Shown here: piece by piece, positions 53,104-64,000 of the stretch
Layout of the letters: every line of letters starts with the position of its first letter
Position numbering within the stretch: the first letter of the stretch is position 1
Assembly (NCBI GenBank): GCA_022605425.2
Contig: CM061251.1
Span: 248,001 to 312,000 of the forward strand
Length of the DNA stretch: 64,000 nt
Direction: 5' to 3'
DNA from: Hamiltosporidium tvaerminnensis FI-OER-3-3
Lineage: Eukaryota > Fungi > Microsporidia
Program-made: the position numbers and the translations under genes
The notes under the pieces: generated by a model
Told to the model about the DNA's origin: nothing
Databases searched by the model: none
The model's input: the letters and a program-made list of their open reading frames with translations, nothing else

Positions 53104-53550
53104 ATTCGACATACATTCAGTGGGGTTTAAAAATAAGAGCTATTTTTTAATATTATCGATTTATCTCAAAAAATTTGTATCTAAATTGCTAAAATTAAAC
53201 CTAAAACAATCATTTATATATTTAAATTCCATTAATAAATACTCTATTACAAATATTAAAGTAAAAGAAAGAATAATGTTTCTTATAATAAAAATAAAAT
53301 TTAGATTCAATATAAATTACATGATAGCCTGGATGATCACTATAAAAAGGCATTCAGGAACAAATTTACCTACATTTTAAAATACGCAAAATTTTGATTG
53401 ATTTAGAAGTAATTATATGAGAACCTCTATTACCTTAATATTTTTCAGAACAAAATAATAACAGATAGAATTTTGGTGCTTCTCCTCACAATTAAAATTT
53501 TAGATAAAAGCCCGAACTATTACAATAATGTATTTGTTTAGATTATAAAA

Positions 53551-54276
53551 GTGGAGAGAGGATAACCACATAAAAAACTTTCTGCTTGGCAATGAGTGTG
53601 TGAAACTGGTATGAGATCATTATTTGGATTTTTGGTGGGAATAAAACCACACTACATCTTCGGTTGTTCCATGGGTGTTGTTATGAGGAGGAGAACTCTA
53701 TGAAACGCGAAACTTTTTCTAAAAAATTATTTGTAGTTTTTTATGTAACCAGACTGCAGACCGCAGCTTAACATGTAGGTAATTGCCATGTAAAAGCATG
53801 GAAACCTAGCCTTGCTCACTAGGGTTAGAAGACTTAACGCCTGGGAGATATAAAAATTAAAACCATTAAAATTCGGGAGAGCTAAGTAGCAGGTTATACC
53901 TGTTGGTATGACATTGCACTGTCTAGGTGGACCCCATTTAAGTCTCTGAAATATATCTTAGCTAGAAGTTTATGGGGTTCAGAAAGTGTAGAGTAAGTGG
54001 GAATGCTGCATAGTCTTGGGGGAGCCCAGTGGGGGCTTCGGCCTTCGATCACACTCCATGCAACGGACATTAACGAACTCCGGGCAACTGCCTCGCCTAT
54101 TATTTAGGTTCTACACACCTGGTAGATGAAAGGCTTTGGGACGTAGGTATCGCAGGGGTTACCGATGGAGTGTTGGGGTAGCAGTCATTTATGTTAAACC
54201 TAGAACTGCGTTAATGTCATGAAAACAAATGTAACAACTGCTACTATTTTAAAAAATGTGATACTTTTAAATAAAG
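53551..54276 (+). mobile_element. ~725-bp structured non-coding SINE-like element, copy 3 (with TSD)
   Basis: Flanked by the 12-bp direct repeat TAGATTATAAAA (53539-53550 and 54277-54288). Colinear with copies 1 and 2. Confidence 0.88.
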
Positions 54277-55515
54277 TAGATTATAAAAAGAAATTTAAAG
54301 ATCTCGTATCTTATAAAGTCAAAGAGCCTATTATATTAAATTTTTAGTCATTTTATAAACTTAAAAGAATATCATATTTTCAATATAGCTCATAACATAA
54401 AACTATTTTATACAAGACAAGTATAAATTTAGCCACATAAATAATTATTCTTTGCAATAAAAAATTTTAATATCAAAAGCTAATATTTTGTCAAAAAATA
54501 AATCTTTGCTTTTAAAAACGATAACCGAGCTAATTTAATTTTTATATAAATTTTTTTGAAAAATTCTGAGTTCGATTTATTTAAGACAAGTAATTTTTTT
54601 TAATCTTACTTTCATGATTCTAAACTCTTCTCCAGTGTTTTTATCTTGATTTATACTTTACTCTTTTAATATTCTAAATATTTTTTTATTTCAGTCATTT
54701 TATTCACATTCTCAGGTTCCTTGGTTTTGGTGATTGATTTTATAACATGTTTTTATCTTATTTGCGTTTATTTAATTTGGGTATAAGTTTTTCAGGAATT
54801 TTTTTACTTATATATTACATTTCCAAATGCTCATTTTGACCACACATCAAAACTGAGCTTAGTTCAAGATTTCTGTTAATCCAAAAAAAAATAGTTTACC
54901 TTTTTAAAGTCCTATTTACTAAATGTTCACTTTCATTCTTACTGATATTTGAAGCTGTTGAAAATATATTTTAGATTTTTAGTTCTAATAAATAGCGCCT
55001 CAAGCCGTCACAAAACGTTTGTCTCTATATTTATAAAAAATACATATCATTCAAAAATAAGTAGTAATTCAATATTTTTCGTACGACAATAATTTTAAAA
55101 TCTTCAAATATTATAAATAAAGTAGTTTAGCAAAATTTTAGAGTATATAATCTGAATAAAGAAAAACTTAATAGCCAGAATTTCATGAAAATAATAACGA
55201 TCTATGATTAAAAAATAAAGAAAGCCCGACTTTGAAATTTAGATTAGTTTGTTGTCAGTTATTATATATTTTAAATTTTCTCTGAATATACCGAATTTCA
55301 AATATTTCGAATGAAAAATTTATTACAATCCACCTTTATTACTGGTTGATGCATTTTTAATTTTTGAATCAAAAGTTTCATATATAAGTTTTAAATTATA
55401 ACTTTAAGGCTCAAATAAAATTTCTTTCTTATCTTTTATCTTAATAATTTACTATTTTTATACAGTTTTTTAATTAAAATAATTTTGATTAAAAATATTT
55501 TTTAAATTACCGTAG

Positions 55516-56292
55516 ATGCACAGACGAAAAAGAAATCTTTCAGAGGTTTATGAAAAACAAATGTTTACATACGAAATACAAGAAAATAATACACCGTTAA
55601 TGTACAAAACATCTAATATTATAACCAATACCATCAAATTCTCTATAATTTATATAATTTTCATGTCCTATTATATATTATTAATATATTTGGTATGCTC
55701 TTTATTCGAATTTAAAAGATTCTTTACATTTATAATTAGGTATCTCATTTTTACAAATTTAATTCTTCCTCAATTAGTCTATCATTTAACAATTAAATTC
55801 CAAGAATTGGAGAAAACTGTTTGGAAATTTTTGATTTTTAATATGACAATTCTCTTCTGTGTAACATTTGAAATAATTTTTGAAATAAATAATCCGTTAT
55901 GTGCTGAAAATACCTTACCAATAATTATGCTATTTATTTATCAATTACTTAGATTAATGATTTCATTCAAGTATTTTGCAGATTTTGTATCTTTTATTTT
56001 TGAATTTGAAAAACAAAGTATTCGAAATACATTTATCTTTTTTCTTAAATTCACTGTCTTTTTTATTATTGAAGCGATTTTAAAGCCACATTTAAGTAAT
56101 TCTTTCAATGAAATTTTCTTTTTTCAGTCTATTTTCTTAATTTTTAAGATGCTTTATGTAACATTATTCATTAGAAGAACGAAAAGTGTTTTAGACCGTA
56201 TATTAGGTGTAATATTATATATTTTATTTTCTATTATATTTGAATGGAACCTCTATGAACAATTTTTTGATAAAAGAACAATTGATTCTTAA
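55516..56292 (+). CDS. Multi-pass membrane protein, paralog B
   Basis: 258 aa; shares IYQLLRLMISFKYFADFVSFIFEFEKQS and FFIIEAILKPHL with paralog A. Confidence 0.8.
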   Translation: MHRRKRNLSEVYEKQMFTYEIQENNTPLMYKTSNIITNTIKFSIIYIIFMSYYILLIYLVCSLFEFKRFFTFIIRYLIFTNLILPQLVYHLTIKFQELEKTVWKFLIFNMTILFCVTFEIIFEINNPLCAENTLPIIMLFIYQLLRLMISFKYFADFVSFIFEFEKQSIRNTFIFFLKFTVFFIIEAILKPHLSNSFNEIFFFQSIFLIFKMLYVTLFIRRTKSVLDRILGVILYILFSIIFEWNLYEQFFDKRTIDS

Positions 56293-56439
56293 GCGAATCA
56301 ACATATAATGTGCATTTAATTTAATAAAATTTATTTATATAACATGTAACTTTCCCCACACGAACAATCTTTAAATTAATCAAAAAATTTCAATTGATTT
56401 ACAAATATTTTTGAGTTATAAAACAATTAGGTATGTTGT

Positions 56440-57150
56440 TTAGAAGTCAAGGAAGAATTATCACACTTAGAATACATATTTGAAAAAGAAAGAGCTAAAT
56501 TAATGCAGAAACCATTGCTCGGAGATTTAGCGTGATAAAACTACACTTTCTGGTTTCTCCATAGGAAATTTTTACATGAAAGAGGGTCTTTAAAACGGCG
56601 AAAATTTTCTGTAGAGTTAGTTTGTAATTTCTATGTAACAAGATTGAAAATACAAATTAAATATTTAGGTAATACCGTGTACCACATATATTCATAGTTT
56701 TTCCTACATAACAAGACATTGTGACAAGTATATTAAAAATTTAATTCTTAACAAGCCGTGAAGGCCAAGTAGCTGGTTATTCTGTTGATATAGTATTGCA
56801 AGATTTAGACGAGTCTAATGCAAGTCGCCGAAATATATTTTAACTGAAAATCTGCTCAGTTCGTATGTATAGAGTATGTGATAATGCTGCTAGTGTTTAG
56901 GTACCCAAAATAGGTTTGGTCTTACGATCAAACATAATATAAAGAATATTATCTGTTTCAGGCAGCCGCATAGACTAGTAAATAAGCCAAGGGTGTCTTT
57001 TAGATTAAATACTTCGAATGTTGGCATTGTAAGAGATCTAGATGTTTTAAAAGGCTGATATCTATCTTTATATTCAGAAATGTATTTATGTCATGGAAAC
57101 AATATCGAAACTGCCATTTATAGAAAAGATATGATGTTTATTTTATAAAT
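56440..57150 (+). mobile_element. Diverged copy of the structured SINE-like element
   Basis: Retains ATAAAACTACACT, TTTGTAATTTCTATGTAACAAGATTG, AAGTAGCTGGTTAT.CTGTTG and ATGTCATGGAAACAA in order. Confidence 0.6.
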
Positions 57151-57599
57151 AAAAATATTTGTTTTATATTCTGGCTTTTTTAAAATTACGTCGTTTATCT
57201 TTATAGTGTTTCACTGCATATTTATAATTTAGTTTTTTTTATCTTTTGAGTGATTTACTATTTAGTATTACTTTTAAAAAAATAATTTTTTGTAGATTTT
57301 ATCTTTTTTTCTTTGATAGTTTTTAAAGAATATTCGAATAAGATTGCCATTTTGATGCTTTAATATATTTCGATTCTATATCTCTTTCTACATTTAAAAA
57401 AATTGCAAATTATTTTATAATGGTAAAGAGTGAATATTAGTAGTATTATGGTTGGTTTATTGCATTATATTAAATTTTTTTTTTATTGAAATATATTGTG
57501 TTTTTTACATCCGTTTTGAATTATTTTTTGAAAATATGCATGGAGAAAGGAGATAAGTATTTGAGGAGGTGTGTGAATTGAATTAAAATTATATTTATT

Positions 57600-59000
57600 T
57601 TAATTAAGAATAGAGGGAGGATGGTAGTATATGAGGGTTGTATTAATTGGATTGAAATTATTTTATTCAAGGAGAGAATAGATTAAGGAAGACTTCGGTC
57701 GTAAGTTAAACTTAAGCTATGTGTTTTTAATTTATTGATTTAAAGATAGATAACAGAGGGAATATAATAGTGTTCTAGAATAATTAAAATTACATGTTTA
57801 AGGTTTAACAACTATTTTATGTGGACTTGGATTGGTTTTTAAAAAATGTAAGTAATCTTTTATGTTTGTTGATTCAAAATATATTGGTTTATAGAACGTT
57901 TTGAGTTTACAAATAAATGGTTATATTGTATAAAAGTAAGTTTTGAGGTATCATAAATCATTTGAATGTTTATATTATTAAATAAAAAGCGATGATTAAC
58001 ATAATCAAGTACTCCTTCCTTGAGTAAGTTAAAATCGAAATACCTAGTTTATAGACACATTTTTCATAACACCTAAATATCTGAATAAAAGAAAATGAAG
58101 AAGAAAAAGCGGATTGTGTGAAAAAACTGGTCCAAATGATAGATTTGTATGAAATCAGAAGAAAAAAACATCTTTATAAAACCTTGAGCAGAAGCAATAT
58201 AAAATCATGTTATTTGTTTTGACTCATTAATAGGGTTTATACTGAATAAATGTTTTAGATATTTTTATAAAGATAATGTTGTATTTGGTATAACAAAGTG
58301 CAAGTATGCACATTCGCTATTTTAATTTTAATTTAAAAAAATGTATTTTTTGAAAGAGAAATATAGCCTCTAAGTCAGTACTATATGATCTTAGATATTT
58401 ATGTAATATATCTGTAAAGTATGTTTGGTTTTTTTTATAAATAAGAAAGAATTTATTCGAAAATTACATTGAAGTGACCTTGGTAAAATATAATTGAAGT
58501 CATTAAAAAAATTATATACAGTCTCTTTGAAAATTCTTCCAATTTAGTATGCGGAAATAAGAATTACAACAGCTTTCTCTTGATTTCAATCAATAGAATA
58601 ATTGAAACTAAATTTATATTTGATAAAAAAATAAAATTAAAAAACAATTATTTGAACTAAAATTCATTATGAGTTTTATTCAGAATTTTAAAACTGCGAA
58701 ACCAATTAAGTACAATTTTAGTTAATATGTTGTATTTGCTTATAAATATAGTACCAAGGGTTTCTTATACTATAACCCGAATATAATTGATCTCGAATAA
58801 CATATATGTGCTTTAGAAACCTATATTTGATAGAAACGTATGTTAAATTTCAAACAATCTAATTTTCAGTGAACCAAGTTTTTTTTATACGAAAAATAGA
58901 CTAAATCAAATGCCAACAAAAGCGTAAAGATAATAAAGAGTTGCAATAGAGAGCAAATAAGCACTAAAATAGGCAACAAATGGCATGTACGTGCTAAAGA
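57600..59000 (+). pseudogene. Possible highly decayed RT/RLE retrotransposon relic
   Basis: Only faint traces resembling R4/Dong RT and RLE segments; no ORF. Confidence 0.25.
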
Positions 59001-59756
59001 GAAAGACTTACAATTATAGCGACAATTAATATTGCAGAAAGTAAGATGAAATTACAGTAAAAAAATTCTCGACTCAAAATATAAAAAAAATAGAACAAAT
59101 AAAATGCTAAAGAAATATCTAGGGATAAGGTACTTATTGGAAATCATACGTCTTGTATAAAGTAAATTTGATTTTTGCAATTTACCCATTAAGTAAACGA
59201 TAACCACAATAAATATATTTTTTTGTGAAATTATTGAATATTTAACCTAGAATTATTTTCTTAACCGCGCAAAGTGAATTTGGTTAGTAGAATTGAAGCT
59301 AAAACCCAAGTACAATTTTAATAATTTAAACGAAACGAAAACATAATAAAAATATAACATTTTGCACCGTGAAATAGAATTTGAAATTTCTTTCTATTAA
59401 ATATATTCGGGTGTTTGGTTTTTTCAAAAGAAATACCATTTTATCTATTACTAACTATCGGATGATTTATGACGTCTTTTTTTAGAAGAAAAATGAAATT
59501 AATAAAATTAAACCAGAATAAAATCTTTAAGCGAATTGCTGATTTTCCGTGTTGATTTACCCAATACAAAAATGTGATAACATAGCTCAAGCAAAATGCT
59601 TCTAAATTATGTGTTTAAGCATCAAGATGGTGCATTTACTTTCAAATAAAGAATTAATTGAAGCACATATATTTTTTTGTATATTCACCAATTTTTTTCT
59701 TTTTCATTATATTTTTTTTGCTATTTTTATATAGAATAAGTAAATCATTTATTTAA

Positions 59757-61411
59757 TGTCACGGTCCTTTGTGTCCATTATTTCCAATGCAATTTTATAC
59801 ATCAATAAAACCCTTTATTTATAATAAATATATGTTATTTGTATTATATTTCTATCCTATAATTTCCGGTTATTTCCTATTTACTCCACTTTCTATTGCA
59901 CCTATGATATTTCTATATTTGTATAGTCAGATTATAGTCTTTGAAACTAAACGATTAACAGGCAATACAATACAAATAGTCTTAATGCAAAATTTTACGG
60001 TTTGTTATTGTTTGATATTATAGACTAAATAAATGTTTTACAATGCGATAACATGCTATAAAGAAACAAATTTCTGAGCAAATGACTCTTGCCGATGAAT
60101 AAATTAACAAAAAAAAAGATAATTTATTTATGATTGATTGTGTAGATCTTGGAAGATATGCTAATTAAATTGATGGGTTCATTGGGCCTGGAACATAATA
60201 GACACTTATACAACGCATTTCTGGAGATTTAAGACGATCAACAAGATTTTACAATCCGTAGAAGATTCATATAAATTTCTATTATAATTTTGGTATTCTA
60301 GTAGCGATTCAATCAGATAATGGTAAAGAATTTTAAAATAAATGGTCGAAACATACTTAACTGCTCTTAACATTCAATTATACATGGAATACTACATAAC
60401 CCAAAGTCACGGGGACAAATTGAACAGAAGAATTAAACATTAAAGATAGTTAGCAAAAAAAGTTATATGTTACTGGTACAAAAAGTCGGATTGGTTTTTA
60501 TGATGATGTTATTTGGCTTATAATAGGACAATACACAGTGCCTCAAATAAATCATCATTTTAACCTTTTAATGATCAACTTGTATTTATAATCTTTTTTT
60601 CGGTAGTATAGTGACAAAGGAACTAAAAGATTATTCAATATTTGTCGAATCAATTAGTTCTGAGGTATTAACAGCAGGAAATCTTGATCCAGGATATACA
60701 CAGTGGGATTTAGAAATTGCCTCTGAAATATAGAATGAATTAAATGAGTCTAGCTATCTTGTTTCATCTTCAATAACTACTGCTTCTGAAATTGATAAGA
60801 ATATAGAAAATGATACAGAAGTAAGTAAAAATTTGGAAAAATATAAAAAAAGAAAATTAGAAAGTAAAGATTCAAATAAACCAATGAGAAATATTCTTAT
60901 TGGTGATAGGGTTTTGATGAAAAAAGATCTTGACATGAATACAAAGACTAAACGCGTTCCGTTTGATTCTTTTTATGATGATTCAGTCTTTCAGTAACAA
61001 ATATTTTTAAGTGTAATATGGTAGAATTAAAAACATTCATGGTAAAAAAAGAACTGTCTACAAAAGCGTAATCAATCGGATTTAATTTAATTGCAGTTTG
61101 TTTTTTTCTTTTTTTTAATCTTGATTATTTTTAAAATAAGAAATGTTAAGATAGAATGAAATGGTTTTATTTTTGAAATTGATTACGAATAAAAATTTTA
61201 GGGCAAAATATAATTGAAAGTATATAAACATTTATTTTAACTTGATCCGTATTATATTTAGAAACAAAATACCTCATATTTTAATTTGGGAGTGTTAAAC
61301 ATGAATGAATATAAAATAAAGGGGGCTATATATATATTGAAAATGAAAGGTGGGAGTATTAGAAATAACGAGGGCACAAAGGACATGGGGGGTCATTATG
61401 GACCACGACAT
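59757..61411 (+). mobile_element. Decayed Ginger-like (retroviral-integrase) DNA transposon with terminal inverted repeats
   Basis: Left TGTCACGGTCCTTTGTGTCC and right GGGCACAAAGGAC..GGACCACGACA (TGT..ACA ends). Internal integrase relics IQSDNGKEF* (~60310) and HG..HNPKSRGQIE (~60385-60425). Confidence 0.7.
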
Positions 61412-61795
61412 TATCTATTTCGGGCAACCGTATAGATTAATTCATGAGCCAAGGTTTCTTTTAGATCAAATGCTTCGAATGTTGGCATTGTAATGATATA
61501 GACGTTTTAAAAGGCTGATATCTATTTTTATATCTCCAGCTGGGTTAATGCCATGAAAACAATAAAGAACTGCCATTTATAGAAAAGATTTGATGTTTAT
61601 ACAATAAATGAAAATATTTGTTTTATATTCTGGTTTTTTTAAAATTGTGTTATTTATCTTTATAGTGTTTCACTGAATAGTTATACTTTAGTTTTTTTTT
61701 ATCTTTTGTGTGATTTACTATTATGGTATTATTTTTTAAAAAAATCATTTTTTGTGGATTTCATTTTTTTATTTTCGGGTGATTTACTATTTAGT
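61411..61795 (+). repeat. Duplicate of 56950-57310 (3' part of diverged structured element plus flank)
   Basis: Shares CTTCGAATGTTGGCATTGTAA, AAAAGGCTGATATCTAT, AACTGCCATTTATAGAAAAGAT and TTTATCTTTATAGTGTTTCACTG. Confidence 0.8.
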
Positions 61796-61797
61796 AG

Positions 61798-61960
61798 TGC
61801 CGTGTGCCGGCGTTTTAGAAGAATTAAATGAATGAATTTTATTTATTGATGGTCTTATCTTACGTTTCATTTTCACTCCTTCTCAGGGGTAAAAGAAATA
61901 ATTATTTAAATAATTATTTAGGGGGGGTTTAATGTCGTTACTCAGAATGAGTTTACGACA
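61798..61960 (-). repeat. Probable 3' LTR of the Ty3/Gypsy element
   Basis: On the minus strand it runs TGTCGT...ACGGCA, begins after a purine-rich stretch at the end of integrase, and contains AATAAA. Confidence 0.55.
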
Positions 61961-64000
61961 AGTTGCTTCCTATCCGAAAAGGCCTCAAATTCTTTATGTT
62001 CTCTTGCCATACGATTCCGTGAAGAGATAGGGAAACTACATTATTATTACGATGCATTGACACTACTTTCGCTGGACCAATATAGAAAGGATCTAATTTT
62101 GATCTGTTATGGTTTTTAACCAACGCGAAATTTCCCACTTCGTAAACAAATTCTGTTTTTCGTTTTGCGTTAGATTTTTGATTCTCCGAGTCGGCTGCTT
62201 GCTTGATTCTGGTAGCTATACTTTCAAGATTTATTTTTCTTGTCCTTTCCAATAAATCTAATCTAGATTTGTTAAATATTATTTCCTCGGGTGAAAGCTC
62301 CGTGATTCTATTATAGGCGTTGTTTAGGGTAAATTCGGCTATGTTGATTGCCTGTGTTAAAGTTTTTTTCCCGATTGCATCTTAGGACTGATGAAATTAT
62401 TTGGTTAGCTCTTTCCAAGATTGAGTTTCCGGTTGGGTTATATACCGAAGTACAAATATGTTTTATGCCGTTGAATCTGCAAAAAGTATTGAATTCTTCG
62501 GATATATATTGTCGTCCTTGATCTGTTAGAATTTCTTTAGGTCTTTTAAAGCGATGGAACCAATTTTCAAACGCTTTGATTACTTGTTTAGTGCTGATTT
62601 GATAAAGAATGGTTAGTAAGGTATATCTTGAAAAAACGTCTGTAATTGTTAGAATATAGAATTTTCTTTTATCAAATTGATTAATTAATGATCCTAGGAT
62701 ATCCGAGCAGATTTTTTTTAATGGTTGAGCACTTTCAATGAATCCGGTGATTTTTCCATATGAGATAGTCTGTCTTTTGTTTATCATGCATGTAGAGCAT
62801 GTACTTACTACATGTTTGATCTTGCCTTTAATATTTGAAATAAGATAAAAGTTCTTGATACTATAATATAGTTTGTTGATTCGACAATGTCCTAACATTG
62901 TGTGAATTTGGTTGATTACTTTGACTGAAATATCATCAGGGACGATAATCTTATGGTTCAAATCAGTATAGAGATATTTTTCTTTTAGATTAGCTATGTC
63001 ATAGGAGTATTGCGTCATTATATTTTTTGAATTTTGCTGGCTCTCTTGAATATTTTCCTTAAGTTAGATGTATCTAGACTTAAAATACTAAAATTCCTTG
63101 ATAAAAAATCAGCTGCCACGTTTTCTTCTCCTTTTATAAATTTAAGTTTAAAGTTATATTCGTCTTAGAGCAGTTTCCATCTCAGAATTCTTGATTTAGA
63201 CGCATCTGTATTGAAAAGTAAATTGTGGTTATCTACGTGAATAGTAACGAGGGTATCAAATATTATTTTTTTAAAAGAGTTGAGGCATTTAATTACGGCT
63301 AAAAATTATTTTTCCATGATTTTATATTTGGTTTCTGCTTTGGTTAATTTCGAAGCAAAAAGTTTTATCAACTTATTCTCTTGTAGTAGAACTCCACTTA
63401 TTCCCGTGTCGCAAGCATCCGTAAATAGCATAAAAGGTTTGTTTGGGTCGGCAATATGTAGAATTTTCGGATTAGAGATATCGTTGAATATGCTTTCGAG
63501 TTGTATAATGTCCTCTTTATTCCATTTAAACTGTGGTTGCTTTAAATAGTCATTCCATCTAGATATACGACTGCTAATATTGTAAACGAAGGGTCTGAAC
63601 CAGTTAATGTATCCTATTAGAGAAAGCAAGTGTTTTTTTGTTGTTGGGTAAGGCATATTTATTCTTTTATGGTCAACGTTACTGATATCAGGTTTTAGAG
63701 TATTGTTTGTAATTAAATATCCTAAGAATTGTACTTCTTTTAAAAAGAAATTACTTTTGTCAAAGTTAATAGAAATTTCATGTGATTTCAGTGAGTTTAA
63801 AACCTCTTTTACGTGTAATTTATGATGTTCAGTGTTTTTAGAGAATATCAGTATATCATCTAAGAATATTCTAACAAAATCTAAATTACCTAATAAAAGA
63901 TTCATTGCTTTTTGAAATGTTCTTGGTGCTCCTATAACCCAAAAGGCATTCTTTGGAATTCATAATGTTTGTTCAATATCCTAAAGGCTGTTTTTTTAAT
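61798..64000 (-). mobile_element. Ty3/Gypsy LTR retrotransposon pol (RT-RNase H-integrase), frameshifted; extends beyond the window
   Basis: RT FLDDILIFS, RNase H LFTDACDTGISGVL, integrase HHCC (IHTMLGH..CSTC), ILTDQGRQY, GNSILERAN, and C-terminal KLDPFYIGP. Domain order is RT-RH-IN. Confidence 0.92.

Noticed and set aside
53545-53580. AAAAGTGGAGGG resembles the 3' end of twister ribozymes; CCACATAAAAAACT resembles the preQ1-I tail
   Set aside because: The twister P4/L4 (GGUCCCAAGCCC) is absent, the leading As belong to the TSD, and preQ1 ligand-binding loop residues are not evident.
53755-54015. Group I intron-like words (CCGCAGC, GTTCAGA, ATAGTC), or group II, RNase P/MRP or telomerase identity for the element
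   Set aside because: No R-element GACUA placed to form P7, no domain V, no P4 CR-I/CR-V and no clear telomeric template. The copies are intergenic.

Overview
AT-rich, gene-sparse, intron-poor eukaryotic DNA. It is most likely from a large-genome microsporidian (Hamiltosporidium-like), inferred from CCC motifs just upstream of start codons, divergent compact housekeeping genes and the transposon set. Host genes: UFD2 (U-box E4, with low-complexity inserts), SKP1, RPL14, MED21, an ORC5-like protein, two paralogous secreted LRR genes, two paralogous membrane-protein genes and several hypothetical secreted or membrane proteins. Mobile DNA: R4/Dong-type RLE non-LTR retrotransposons (two near-full-length broken copies, one 5'-truncated copy with a 16-bp TSD, several relics), three Helitrons, a Ginger-like integrase relic and the 3' part of a Ty3/Gypsy element. 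Two short non-autonomous RTE-like elements are also present. The most notable feature is a ~725-bp non-coding element present about 9 times. It has a fixed 5' GTGG start, a 12-bp TSD on one copy, cUUCGg tetraloops, many nested helices and a long-range compensatory base-pair change, which points to a large structured RNA that moves like a SINE. The LRR genes also appear to encode signal peptide + NLS + BTB-like domain + LRR, a candidate Cullin-3 adaptor-mimic effector. All folds and alignments were done by eye; no searches were run.
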